Source of the DNA: Hyphochytrium catenoides
Taxonomy: Eukaryota > Protista > Hyphochytriomycota
Assembly: GCA_900088475.1 (NCBI GenBank)
Contig: FLMG01000516.1
Coordinates: 62,001 to 126,000 of the forward strand
Reading direction: 5' to 3'
DNA: 64,000 nucleotides
A program made the translations under genes and the position numbers. The notes beneath the pieces were generated by a model that saw only the letters and a program-made list of their open reading frames with translations, had not been told where the DNA came from and searched no databases. Positions 1 through 12,779 of the stretch are shown here, one piece after another (the first letter of the stretch is position 1; every line of letters begins with the position of its first letter).

Positions 1-3000
1 GTAATACCTTCTTACTCTGCGGAGGTAGGCTTCTTCTAAACAGAGCATACGTTGCGATAATAGCAATATTGAGACCTATATGTGAGTTGGGAGTAAGGAG
101 GAGTGAGAGAGGACTAATCCTCCTAGAGGCAAGGCTACTGGTTATCTTCTTTCTGCTGACCAGCACGTGATAAGCGGCAGGCCGAAGCTTTTATAATAAA
201 TATGATGCTTCCTCTTCCTCTTGGCTGGTCCCTCCTGTTGATTCATGTCGCTGTTGCCGGCGTGGTGGAAGTGGAAGCCAATGGATGAACCGCCCTTCTT
301 CCTAATACTATACTTGCAGCACCAACGAAGAATGAGCTCACTTCTTCCCGTCGCCGCCATTCAAGCTAGAAGCAGGAAGACGGTTGGGTGTGTCGTCTCT
401 TCGAAGACTAGTCGGGCACGTTTTCCCTGTATTATGATGATGATCGGCGAATGAAGGAAGAAGAACTGAAGAGGTAGTAGTAGCAGCACCTAATAAACAA
501 GTTGATAGTAAGACGGCACATTTCCCCATCACGTCCTCTTCTTGGATGATCAACAGCCAACATAAGGCATTATCGTCCTCCGCCGGTCTCTGCCGCCTCC
601 TGCTGCCTGTATTGTTCATAGAAGAACCAAAGAAGATGAAGAAGAAGAATTTCCTTCTGCTCACCAGGATGAGCGTGAGAGAGCATGCAGATGAATAATG
701 GTAAGCCTCTGGCTGGGGGAATCAAACTGGCGCTTGACATTACTAACCTGGGAGCTCTCCTTGCCGCCTAGCTGGGTCAAGCGGAAGGAGGCTCTTCTTG
801 GCCCGTTAGTAATCGCCGACGTGTTGTCCTAACTCTACGACTAACTCACAAGGACTAAGCTAACTAACAAGAACTGAGTACTCCTTATTACCGCCACGAC
901 TACCAATTAACTACGTACTCTCTCTTCTAACGTACGTGGGGCGCAGCGAAGAAAGGGCGGGCGGGCAGTTGACTGTTCCTGCTGCTGCGCCGAATAGGTG
1001 CAGTCAGTTGTGCCTCCTCTCTCCGTTGCCGCTGTGTCTAAGTCTGGGCAGGCGGCAGAGGCTGAGGCTGACCACCGGGCAAATCTGATACTGAGGCCCG
1101 AGGTCAGCCCCATCCTCTAACCGCGCCAGGAAAACCTAATATCTCCCCCGGATATTCAACCGAGCAGCAGCAGTAGGAAAGAAAGCTCTTAGGCTGTGTA
1201 AGAAGAAGGAGTTGGCCGGCTATGAAGGCCACCGGCCGACGTCTCTTCTAGCATATAGGGAGAAGAGCCTTCATAAAAAATCATCATCTAGCTCACACAG
1301 CCGCCACCTATTCCTTCATGAAAAGGGAAAGGAGCTGAAAAAGCAGGTGCACACAGGTATAATCCTCGATAAAGGCTTGCTTCCAAGTGGCGGCACCATC
1401 ATCACATCATCATTAACCTTCCCTGATACATATATTAATTATTGCCATGACAACATGCCAATGCGGCTGCCCTTCTTTGAGACGGCACTCCTCCGTGGCG
1501 GCGTTGGAGCCGAATTAGAAGACGGAGATATCAAACGCGTCCCCTCCTTGTTCCGAGCCCTAACAAGACAGATAATAGAGGAGAGGCTGCGGTCATCAGG
1601 AGCAGCAGGCAGGGATTAAAAGTCTGGAAAGACCCAAAACCTGAGCCAATAGTAGTAGGAGGAGGAGGACAAGCAGGACGAGGACGAGCAGCAGTTGGTC
1701 ACGTCACCTGGAGTTTCAAAAAGTGTCCTTGCCGCTGGCCCGCTCCCTTGCGACAATGGGTTCATCAGAAGGCGTCCGTCCACACGAACGAGTATCCGCA
1801 CCAGGTCTTGTTGCTTACAAGTACGACAAAGGTAAATATGCTGCCTCTCTTCCTTCCCTCTTCCTCTTCTAATTTTGGGCTGCGTTCCTGCTATGTCCAA
1901 CCACACTCCCTCTTACTCTTTGCTGTTCTCCTTAGGTTTTCGTCCTATTGACTTTACATTATTCTTCTTGGGTCTGGTGTGGATTGGTCCTACTGCTCTT
2001 TCTCCATCTATTTGCAGTCTCTAAACCGCTCAGAGCCCAATCTGGGCTAATGATAAGCAGATGATGACGGCCATTTGCTTCTCCTCACGCTCACTTCTAC
2101 CCCCAACAATTGGCGTGCCCTGACGCTGTTCGCTCTGCTGGAGCACTTCCAGGGCAAGGTAGTCAATAGACACAACAAGAATATGCGTTAGTATTGTCAG
2201 CCTGCGGGACGACTGCTTTATTGAGTGGAAGAGAGAACAGCGCTTAGACCGGACATCAGCAGACAATCTTTATTTTCTCTGCCTTCTCTCCTCTCTTTCT
2301 CTCTCTCCCTCCTACGTATTCTCTTGTTCTATAAATCTTTGTTGCCCTATCATGCAGCAGTGATGAGGGTTGCTCCCTCAGTCACCAGAATGCTGAGAGT
2401 CAAAGAACTGGACGCAGCAGAGGCAGGAACGTTAATGATAGGCTTCAGTGAACTAATAACAAGCTGTCTAGATAGTGCTGCTGCCGCTTCTTTCCTCTTT
2501 CTCCTTTCCTCGACGGCCCCACTTTTCTCTTTCTCTCTTTCTCCTCTTCAGCCACTGCGCTATCTGCTCTCTCTCTCCTGCACCTTCATCTCTCTCTTTG
2601 CCGCGTTGTGTTGTTAGAGCTTGCAAATGACTCGCTAAGAAGTGAATAAAGTTCACAGGCGTGTAACGCTCCTAATGACGAGATAGTTCTAAGGCCTTAG
2701 TTGGTTTAGGGCCAGCGCCGGACAGAAGAGGAACCAACCTAAGAACAGGCAAGGTTATTGTCTATTACTAGGCTGGCTCTGCTGTTGTCTCTTTGCACCT
2801 TAATCTCTTCTCCTCCTCTTCCCCCCGCTCGCTCCTGGTGTCTTCACTTTCCCTCCTGGAGAGACTGAAGGAGCACAAAGAAAGTGAAGATGACTAGAAA
2901 GATCGGGGGAAGCCATGAGGGAAGGTCGTGGATCGGGCTGTGCGTGGTGTTCCTCTCTCTCTCTTCCTTGGAGGAGGTCTCTCTCTCGTTCTCTCTCTCT

Positions 3001-6000
3001 TTTCTTTCTCTTTCCTTCTCTCCGTACAATCCCTTGCACGATTAGATAGTGACAGAGGAGGGTCGCCTTGTCAGTGTCATGGACGAGTCCACAGCCTGCC
3101 AGAGAAGCCCAAAAAGTATCAACTGTGCATCTTGGGAACAAAGAGAGGGAAACAAAGTTTCAGTGAGTGCTGAACACTTTCCCCGCTCTCTCTCTCAACC
3201 GCTCTCTCACCATCATTGTTCCCGCACATCTCCTCCCTAGCCTTGGCTCTGTCTGTCTCTCGCGGTCACTCTATCTTCATAATACTGCCCTCTCCTCTCT
3301 CTGTCTGCACTAAGAAGATCGTGTCCTGTCTATGTGGCCCTTGACCAACAAAACAAGGAAGAATAGAGCAGACAGGAGGCTGACGATCCGCCGCGTCGCT
3401 GAGGGAACTTAGGTCCTGTTCTCTGCTTCGTTGCTAGAGGAACGCATAATAACAGATATCTTGATCGTCTCTCGTCCGCCTCTCTCCAGCATCTCTTGCT
3501 TTCTCATCTTCTTCTACTTCTAGAAATGTTCCAAGCTGTCGTGTCAGCCTTCTCTCCTGTCATTCGATGTCTCTCTTCTCCATTAGAGAGAAGAAAAGCG
3601 AAGAAATGCAGCGTGACAAAGAATGACGAGGAGGATGGATGTGGGGTCACAGAGGCAGTAACAGCCAAAGGCAGAAGAGACGAGAAAGCGCCACCGAATA
3701 GCCCGCATTTGAACTTTCAACAGTGGCGACAGAGACACATCACGAAAGGTCATTAGTGCCATTTATCCAAAACCTGGGGAGGAAAGATGAGACGGGCGGC
3801 ATTGATGACAGAGTGGACCAAGTACGAGAAGGCGAAGAGCGGGGAGAAGGTAGACGACAGAGGGAAGGACCAATGTAGGTCCCATAAGAAGAGAGTCAAG
3901 CAGATGCAAAGCACTCCCCTCCAGCAGCAAGAGAGAGGCTTGTTACAGTTGACAAGTCGTCAAACTCAAACCGCTTGCCCCTGCTGCACCGCCTTTCCTG
4001 TCATCGTTTCCTCCTCATCAGCTACACCTACATCTCTCTCTTTCTCTTTGTGCCTCTGGCTGGCACCAAACGAAGCAGAATAGAGGACTGGCTTTCTTAG
4101 CGTCGGTGCAAAGCCGGGAGAAGAGAACACGGAGAACAGTGAGTGGGATAGAGTGCTTCTGTCTTGATGATCCAACAGTCTGCCGGTCCTCTTTTGAGCT
4201 ATGGACAAGCGCAATCCCTACTACTCGTAGGAAGAAACGATAACAAAGACAGCCGAACCCCGTCAATGGCAATGGGAGGCAAGGAGGGAAAAGAAGGACC
4301 CTCGCCTCCTTACTCTCCATGTGGTTTTTATAAAAGGTAACGGATCCATTGGACCTGTGGCAGAGGGACAGTTCTCTTCCACCCTCATCTTCACAAAGAC
4401 CAGACAGCAGGGGGCCATTGTTCGCTCTCAAGGCCGCATGTCAGTTGCCTGACACGATGCTGAAACTGATGTCTTTTCTCACTCTCTAATTGCCAGCATA
4501 AAGATGGCCTTCTCTCGTAGGGATTGTATATCTAGTTAGTAGCGCTGGTTACTATGAGAGAAGACCAGACTGAAGAGCAAGACCCAACCTAAAGCACAGC
4601 TTCGTTCTACTGTCGCCTTCTTTTGCAGCACGAAGCTCTTGGCTTGGAGCCCTAACAGTAGAGTGGAATGGGATACAAAGATGTCACTGAAAGTGAGAAC
4701 ACAAGCAGATGACATCACCAGGTCCCACAGCCAATGAGGAACAAAGAGGTGGTGGAAGTTACGATCAGGCTATTCTGAGCAGTAGTACTACCACAAGGGG
4801 GTTTGACCTTAGGTAATATATGTATGGACTTCAACTGGGGAACGTCTTCTTTTCATGTCATAAGAAGTTTCCAAGGTTAACTGAGGGCCAAAAGTGGAGG
4901 ACACGGCCCTTTGATCACAGCATTATTCCTACGAGGTTTGCACTCTGTATACGTCACCGTCCTGGTGAGGGGACGGGGGCTCACTCGTCATTCCGCCATA
5001 GAACTACTGCATTCTTTAACTACCGGCACGTTTGGGACCTACAGTGTAGAGGTTCTAGTTATAGAGTTGCTATGGGCATTTGTCTGGGGCATTTAATGTT
5101 GGCCATAAGTGTGCAAAGGCAACCTATACGACCATCTAAGGACGCTAGGTTATCTTCTTACCCCTAAATAACTGTGATAGAAGATGTCGAGCACTAAACC
5201 AAATGAAAAGACATAGAAATATAGTCCATTGACCGGTTCAAGCTTGGCCCCCAAGTATAAATACGACGATTCTAAGAGCTTATGGCTGGTTGTTGCCTGT
5301 GATGGGCTGATGTGAATCGAATGGTGTACCTTGTATAGGCGACCCCTGTACTGAGTAAGGCGCTAGCACAGAGACAGGTTCAACCAATCGGCAGGAGTGG
5401 ATGGGCGGGCTGGTAGTAGTGGATCAACTCCATGAGTAAAAAAGGGCTTCTTGTCAATCCCCATCCATCAGGAAGTCAATAGAAACTGAAGGTACAAGCA
5501 CAGCAACAATGGGACGTACAACACATAATTCCTAGGCTGCCCTTGCTTTGTACAAGGGAGAGGCGCTGCTACCACAGGCTAGGGGAGGTTTCATGACTCT
5601 ACCATCCACTAGGGTCAAACGTCGGCACCATGCCCAGTAGTGGAAAGACTGTGGGGCGGAAAAAGGGCGTTTTGGTTTCCTTGTTTGTGATTTGCGAGGA
5701 GAACTGTCTGAGACACCTGAGGCGGAGAGACAGAGAGGCCGAACAAGGAGACAGAGCCATGATACGACTGTGTCAAGCGAAGAAAGAGATAGACTAAGAA
5801 AGGCGGATCTGGAGGGAGCAGGAATGAGACAGAAGACGGGCGTTCCCCCTTACATGCCTGGTTTACATCAGGTGATTCTAAATCAATGGGGACGAACAAA
5901 GACGGCACAGAGGTCGATCTAACCGTAAGCCCGCATACAGACTCCCGCTCTGTCTCTCTCTACCTCCCTTTATCACTTAGTATATTCCACATCTCTCCTG

Positions 6001-6458
6001 CCGCCCACGTCTCAATTTGACCACTAAAAAATGCTAAGGAAATATATGGAAAACTGTGGGTTGCAAGGTGCCGGCGGCGCCTGCTTTGACCCGGTTCTAG
6101 AACAATCCACAGTCAGAAAAACTCTTTCCTCTTGGGCGCGGCTCCTAAGAAGAGTTTTAGAGCCTTCTTTCTGCAGCAGGCACGCCCTGCCTGCAGGACG
6201 ATCAGCATAAGATCGTCAATCACCTTGCCCAATCTTCACCTTGACAAGTGCGTGACAAAGCCCTGCCGGAGCGTCGCTTGATGCTTTCGAAGGGAGGACA
6301 AAAGTGTTGCCGGCGGGTTGGCTGGTCATTGTCAGTCTTTCTTTCGGAGTCAGAGCACAACTCTTCGTCGCAAAGCTCTAATATCTGTCCAGCTTCAACA
6401 ACTACCGGGATTGTCCCATACTGCATCCTGCTAAACTAAACTCTATCAAGAATTGATT

Positions 6459-6974
6459 ATGTGGAGAATGAACTCTACTCCGGTAAACAGCGGTGCCGAG
6501 AGCGCCGCGAGTAGTGTTCGTGTTCAGTCTTCAGGGCCGAGACCTGTGGTTTCTAATGGGATGCATCCTGCCCCTGCGACTCCAACAGCCGATGATCCTC
6601 CAGCTCTTCCAGTCACATCTCCCAATGTGGTCAGAGGGCGTACCGTAGCTCCGCTTTGCCACCGTAAAGCTGAGCTCTACACAATGATCCGAACTAGGTT
6701 CCCAAACTTTTGGATTGCTCTACAGAGTGGTGATTTCCACAAGGCGCGGAACTATATGCGAATCCTAATGGATTCTGGGTCTTCAGAGTCTGCTGCAGAG
6801 GCTGCCTTAGGTGGCCAATCGTCTGTCCTTCAAAATAGGGGCCAGCGGGACGTCGTTCTCAGAAGGTTGCGAAGCGAGTGCCCTGCGATGTGGAGAGCTT
6901 TGGTAACAGGTGAACTTAGGCCTGCGCATCAGTTCATCCTGCGACATGGCATTGATCTGAGACGGTCGCCCGGT
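6459..6974 (+). CDS. Orphan ORF with a Pro/Ser-rich N-terminus and two ~29-aa internal repeats; runs into an assembly gap
   Basis: Open frame from ATG 6459 to the N-run at 6975. ELYTMIRTRFPNFWIALQSGDFHKARNYM and VVLRRLRSECPAMWRALVTGELRPAHQFI align without gaps. No family recognised. Confidence 0.5.
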
Positions 6975-7031
6975 NNNNNNNNNNNNNNNNNNNNNNNNNN
7001 NNNNNNNNNNNNNNNNNNNNNNNNNNNNNNN
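6975..7031. other. Assembly gap (N run)
   Basis: Run of N followed by agagag, suggesting a collapsed AG tract. Confidence 0.99.
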
Positions 7032-10000
7032 AGAGAGAACAGGTGGTCGGAGAGTAGCGTAATTCCATGCAACCGGGTCCGATACACATGGCCTGTAGCC
7101 AGGGAGGTTGATGTTCGACCATATTATCTATTGCAAGGACAGCAGGGCCATCGAGCTAAGTATTTGTCCCTGCTGGTTTTCTGTCCACGACGGCCTCGTG
7201 CAGTGTGAGCTCTGCAGGCTCTTATCAAGTCGGCTTTCCTACATAGTAAGCCACAGCCCTAGCTGGGCTGATCTCTTTTGTCAACGCCACCTATTGTTGC
7301 TTCCTCACATACATTTAGATAGAGGAAATGTATTCAAAGAACGAAAGCAAAAGCAGCAAGGCACATCATTTGTGTCCAATACCGCTGCTTGCTTATCAGA
7401 CTATAGCTTTCCATCCGACATTTGGAGGAGACATTTTGTTTATAGTTCGGGTGTCTTGCTTACAACGACTCTCCTCCTCCTCTCTAAGGCACATATCGAT
7501 GGTAGCAACCACCTATGTTCCCATCAGCACATTTTTATAATATATTATTCACGTCCTTCCGTCTCATGACTTCGTCAAGAATATCCTGGATCACTCCCTC
7601 TGGTGGTCACTGAACGAACTGGCATCTTCGTTCTGCCTCCCCGTAAGGTCCACCGCAACAAGCAAGAACGAAGCACCACATATAAGTGCTGCCCTCCAAC
7701 AATGCTCACCACCATCATCGCTGCTGCTGCCCCCCATCATCATGTTGACTCACATTCTTATGAAACAGAAGCGGAGGAAATTGTTGTGCGTGAGCTTATC
7801 TGCTACATACCAGCAGCCAATCACTCCAGATTGAAGACACTGACGGACTTGCGAGTTGCAGAAGCTACCTGTACTGCTGTTCGTACGTATCTGCCCGGGA
7901 AGAAGAGCACTGGACGCCGCAGCGCCAGCAGTCTTTAACGCATAAAGTCGAGCACCGACTCATTCTTCTTCTTCTGGTCTTGCCAGCTACTACTCTGAAA
8001 CAAATGTGCAAGAGCAATGCGATGTCGTGGGCTGCTTCCATGTCTCTTCGAGCGACTCTACACATCTCTTCCGGCTCTTTGTTGTTCTTGCTCACAGGGA
8101 AGAAAAGGTTCAGCTCAAAACAGTGAAGCGAGGCGCCAGGTCAGTATTCTCAACAGCTCTTCATCAAATCATTCTGAGCCGCTTGAAGTGGACAGTTCTG
8201 GGCAGATGCTGCCTCCTACCTTTCATTAAAGTGAGAATCATGACTGCCCTATTTTGGGACTGAAGTGGACGTTCAACGCCTATAAGTCATAGTTGGTGGA
8301 GTGGCAACATGCACTATCCTTATAGCACGGAGGAGCTGGAAACAGCGCCGAACTGGCTGGATATGAAGAGCAGAGTAGGTGATGAGGGCGCAATGGCCAA
8401 AATAACAAGCAGGAGTAGCGATTGACAGCGTCACCACTTGCCTCTTCTCGTTTAGCTGTGGACAAGGCAGAGTCGACAGCACTGAGAACATCAAGCCTTA
8501 AGAGACCTCCAGAGCGCTTCTGGGAAGTGGACCTCATCATCATTGACGGGTACCCATGGTGAGTCTGGATCTATTGCATCAATCGATCACGGCTCTCACG
8601 TTCCAAGGCCAAGCCAGAGAAGCTGTTTGAGGACATCTTCATGCTTATTGTTGGCGACCATGTACAGCTTCTACCTGTCAGAGGTATTCATCTCTATGCT
8701 ACCTCTTGCAAACCAATGGGTAGGCAAAGTAAAATGGCTTGCGGTGCTTTGAACAAGGCTGTAGAGCTGGAAAGCGTGGAGCAACGTCCGACAGAGGACG
8801 TGGGGAAGAGGAGAGCCTGATGAGTGAAGAAGATCAACAGGAGTGTGACTTCTTTCGACTCTTCTTTCTCTTGAATTCTAGAGAGGGTGGATGCTCTTCA
8901 AAAGCGGAATGATGGCAGCTTTTGATGCTGAACACACCGGGACCTCGGACCTCGACTTACGGGCAATGGTGATGGCCAAGGATATAGTCAATTAGACCAG
9001 CAAAAGTGGGCATCAAAGATGAAAGCTTGTAGGTGATGACCATTATTAGGTCAGTCTTCTTCAGCTGGCATCAGGCTAACTTCCTGAGCCCCTAAATGAC
9101 CATTTCAATCCATGATAATAGGAGGTGAAGGATGCCTCCGCCTTACTACTTAAGGAGGCGACTTAGGGATCCTCCGTGCTTCATTTTCATGCTTCCTTTG
9201 CTTTCGATCAAACAGCACACGGCTGCTTCTCCTCCAGAAGGTGAAGGTTTTCTGAGGCTGGCGGACAAGAGGGAAGGGAAGTACACACCTGAAGAAAGAG
9301 CAATGCTGGGACGATGGCGACGGCATCGTGAAGAAGAACCCAGTGCGTCCTAGAGATGCAGGACGGATGGTCGTGGGGAACCGTTCTTCAGGGTCATCGC
9401 GGCTATGATCTCGTCTTACTTTTGAGCTACTTAAGAGCTCTCTGTGATGGAGGTCGTGAAGAAGGAGAAAATTATGGGCAGAAGAAGAGGAGAAACATTA
9501 GAAGGCTAGGGTTGGCACTATCGTCGGTCCTGGCTGGAGCTCTTCTGAGACAGTCCTCCCCTTCTTACTATTTACACAGGAGGCTGTTGTCAAGACGGTG
9601 CGGTCCTCAGTACCGCGCGCCGCTTATCACCGTGTCACTAAATTGAAGCCATTTAAGAGAGCGGGCTGTGCACGATCTCAGGCAGATCCTGGCAGTGTGC
9701 TTTGATCATCTAGAAGCGGTCGTCTGTCCTCCAGTTCATCGACAATGGATAACGCTGAATGATTGAGCTGGACCATCACTCTTGCATAAACCGGAAGCCT
9801 TCCTCTTTCTTGAGAGAGACTAACTTGCTCGTGGGATCATGACTGGCAGGTTCTAGATCTTGTTTTGGCCTCCTGAGGGCTGTGCCCTTCTTCCCTCTTC
9901 TTCCCTCGACAGGGATGCGAGATGATGTTTCTTCTTCTCTTCAGAACAATAGCGATCCAAAGATAAACAAGGGATGACTACTTAGCTATGACTGCTGGCA

Positions 10001-11390
10001 CGGTGCCTTCAATTGCTGCCCTTGTCACAAACATGCATGCACAAAGGAGCATGATGGAGGTGGTGCTGGTGTGTGCTCTTCCTATGATCGTCTATGATGA
10101 GGATGAGATGATGTTGCTCGGCGGGAGGAGTTATTCTCTCCTTGATCCCGTGCTCGAGGAGTTATTCTTCTCTCCTTCACCCAGTTCCCTGGTCTGCGCG
10201 GCCTGCTGCCACTTCTATAGAGACAAAGACAGAGAGAGAAAAGCGAAGATAAAGGGAAACGGGGGGAGGAGGAGAGAGACAGCCAGGGACAACAGCAAAG
10301 TGAGAGAGAGAGGAGGCGAGAGAAGAGACACAAAGGAAGACTGGAGTCGTCAAGAAGCAAGGAGATTGAACTCTTCTTTCTATATAAAGATGTGTATCCA
10401 AGAACGCCGCCCGCCTGGGGTTGATGATGGACTTCTTCTGGATCTTGTCGCAGGATGCTTGGATCGACCGAGAGGAGGAGGCAAGGAGCAGGACCTGCTG
10501 TCGTCTCACTGCCATACTGCCATCACCTCCACCGGCTGATGGACTCCTCCAGACAACAGCAGGCGGATTGCCACTGCTGATTGAGATGATACTAAGAGCT
10601 TCCACAGCATGGTTACTATGATGACCAACGCTGATTGGTGGCCACAAGTCCAAAACTGAATTCTCCATCATCCAGGTTGGAGCTCTCACTGCGGGCTCTC
10701 CAAAGTCAGGCTGCAGCTCTCGAGCTTGTTAACAGCAGGCGGTGCCTCGAGGAAGGAGATCTTATAGCAGAATAATTGTGGACGTTGGACATCATGGAAG
10801 AAGTTATTCACAGTTCTGTCTCCTTCCTTCTGCTGTCTCTCCATCTCTCTTCCTTTCGTCTCCTGATGATGATGTTGGATCTTCTTTCATCTGATCTCCT
10901 AAGATCGAGAAGGAGCGAGCAGCAGGGCAGCGGACGCCTCCTTTCTTAGGTAACACGAAGAAGAAAGAAGAAGGAAAAGGATAACAATGTGGCGGCAAGA
11001 AGATTTGTGGCGTGGAGAAGAAGAAGTGCTCTGGCTAACCATTGCCGTCAACAAGAGGCTATTGTTTATGGTGCTGCATGCATCTTCTTTCTAGGAACCA
11101 CGGGCTCTTGCTGCTGTCCGAAGTGCAGATGTCTAACAAAGAAGAGCCAGCCACGCTGCAGTATTGCGGTACCTGGGCCATGAGGAGAGAGACCGCAGTC
11201 CTTGGAGGACGAAGTAGCCCACTTCTTTCAGTCCCATTCTCCAACTTCCATCGCCGTGAGCACTCCTCCTCACCCAGAAGCAGCACCAAGAGCCACCACC
11301 CCTCCTCCCTCCTCAGCCCTCAGCAGCAGCCGCACGTAGAAGCAGCACACAGTACGGCTCACACACACAGGCATCAACCGAACCATCATC

Positions 11391-12779
11391 ATGAAGCTTC
11401 AAATACTCTTCGCTTCCACCATCCTCGCAGCTGCTGCCTCGACTGCGGTGCGCGCGGCAAAGCCTGACATCCAAGGTGCCCCCAACCGGTACATCGTGTA
11501 TCCGAAGAAGGGCTTCTTTGACTCGGAAGATATTGCCAAGTTCTTCGAGCAGGATGATGACATCACGCCTGTCGTATCCCTGCGTTCCATCGGTGGCAAG
11601 GCTGTCAACGTCAAAGGAAGTTCTGTCCTGGACAGACTTGCAGGCAATCCTTTCATCTCTCACATCGAAAAGGATGTCATCAGAACCCCTGTCAGTGTCT
11701 CTTCTGAGGAACGTAGCGCTTCTCTGCGTGGGCTCATCAACCGCGCTCTAGCAGGCTACACTTACGGTGTGAAGATGGTTGGCGCCGATGTCACGCCATT
11801 GAACGCAGGAACCACTAAGCAGGATCTCATGGTCTGCATCATTGACTCCGGCGCCAACAAGGATCATCCTGGTCTGGCCGGAGTCTCCATTAGCGGCGAG
11901 CCAGGCTTTAGCACTGACGAATGTGGCCATGGTACTCACGTCACGGGCACTGTGGCTGGCAAAGGAGGCTTTGGTGTTGCTCCGGGCATATCTGTGTATG
12001 AGGTACAGGTCTTCAAGGGTCGAAGCTGCGGGTGGTCTTTCTCCTCTGACCTCATTGCGGCGACAGAGCTGTGCACGAAAGCTGCTGGTGGCGCTAAGTT
12101 GATCATCAGTATGAGCCTCGGTGGGTCTGAATCTTCTGCTGCCGAAGAGAGTGGATTCAAGAGCTTGTGGGACTCTGGCAACGTCATCAGTGTCGCTGCC
12201 GCCGGTAACGGAGGAAGCAGCGCCTTCTCCTATCCTGCATCGTACCCGACGGTGATGTCTGTCGCCTCAATCGATGAGAAGAAGGTGAGGGCCAGAAGTT
12301 CTCAGACCAACGCTGAAGTTGACGTCGCCGCTCCTGGTGTAGCCGTAGAGAGCACTTACCTTGACAATAAGATGGCTAAGCTCTCTGGCACTTCTATGGC
12401 GACCCCACACGTGAGTGGCTCAGCCGCTGTGGTATGGAGTTACGGCTTGAAGCAGGGATGGACCAACAAGCAGGTGCGAGAAGCTTTGGAGAGCACGACG
12501 GAAGACTTGGGCGCTCCTGGTCGTGACAACGAGTATGGTCATGGGCTGATTAACGTCTGTGCTGCTGCCAAGAAGGCAGGCTTTGACCCTTCCAATGCTG
12601 TACGCTGCCCTGGTGAGACAGGTACTCCTCCGCAGCCCACATCAACTCCAACCAACGAACCTACTCCAGCTCCCACGCCAGCCCCTACGACCGCCCTCCC
12701 GACCACCTCGGCCCCTACCCCTCCTACCTGCCGCTACCCGGCCTGGATCTGCTGCACATTCTTTGACATTTGCGATTAG
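11391..12779 (+). CDS. Secreted subtilisin-like serine protease (S8), intronless, with Pro/Thr-rich linker and short Cys-rich tail
   Basis: Signal peptide MKLQILFASTILAAAASTAVRA and a prodomain. Catalytic triad motifs IIDSG, GHGTHVTG and GTSMATPHV; oxyanion AAAGN. Confidence 0.96.
   Translation: MKLQILFASTILAAAASTAVRAAKPDIQGAPNRYIVYPKKGFFDSEDIAKFFEQDDDITPVVSLRSIGGKAVNVKGSSVLDRLAGNPFISHIEKDVIRTPVSVSSEERSASLRGLINRALAGYTYGVKMVGADVTPLNAGTTKQDLMVCIIDSGANKDHPGLAGVSISGEPGFSTDECGHGTHVTGTVAGKGGFGVAPGISVYEVQVFKGRSCGWSFSSDLIAATELCTKAAGGAKLIISMSLGGSESSAAEESGFKSLWDSGNVISVAAAGNGGSSAFSYPASYPTVMSVASIDEKKVRARSSQTNAEVDVAAPGVAVESTYLDNKMAKLSGTSMATPHVSGSAAVVWSYGLKQGWTNKQVREALESTTEDLGAPGRDNEYGHGLINVCAAAKKAGFDPSNAVRCPGETGTPPQPTSTPTNEPTPAPTPAPTTALPTTSAPTPPTCRYPAWICCTFFDICD

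Noticed and set aside
5200-5300. ESSYLYLG on the minus strand, resembling the non-LTR RT YKYLG motif
   Set aside because: No other RT motifs nearby.
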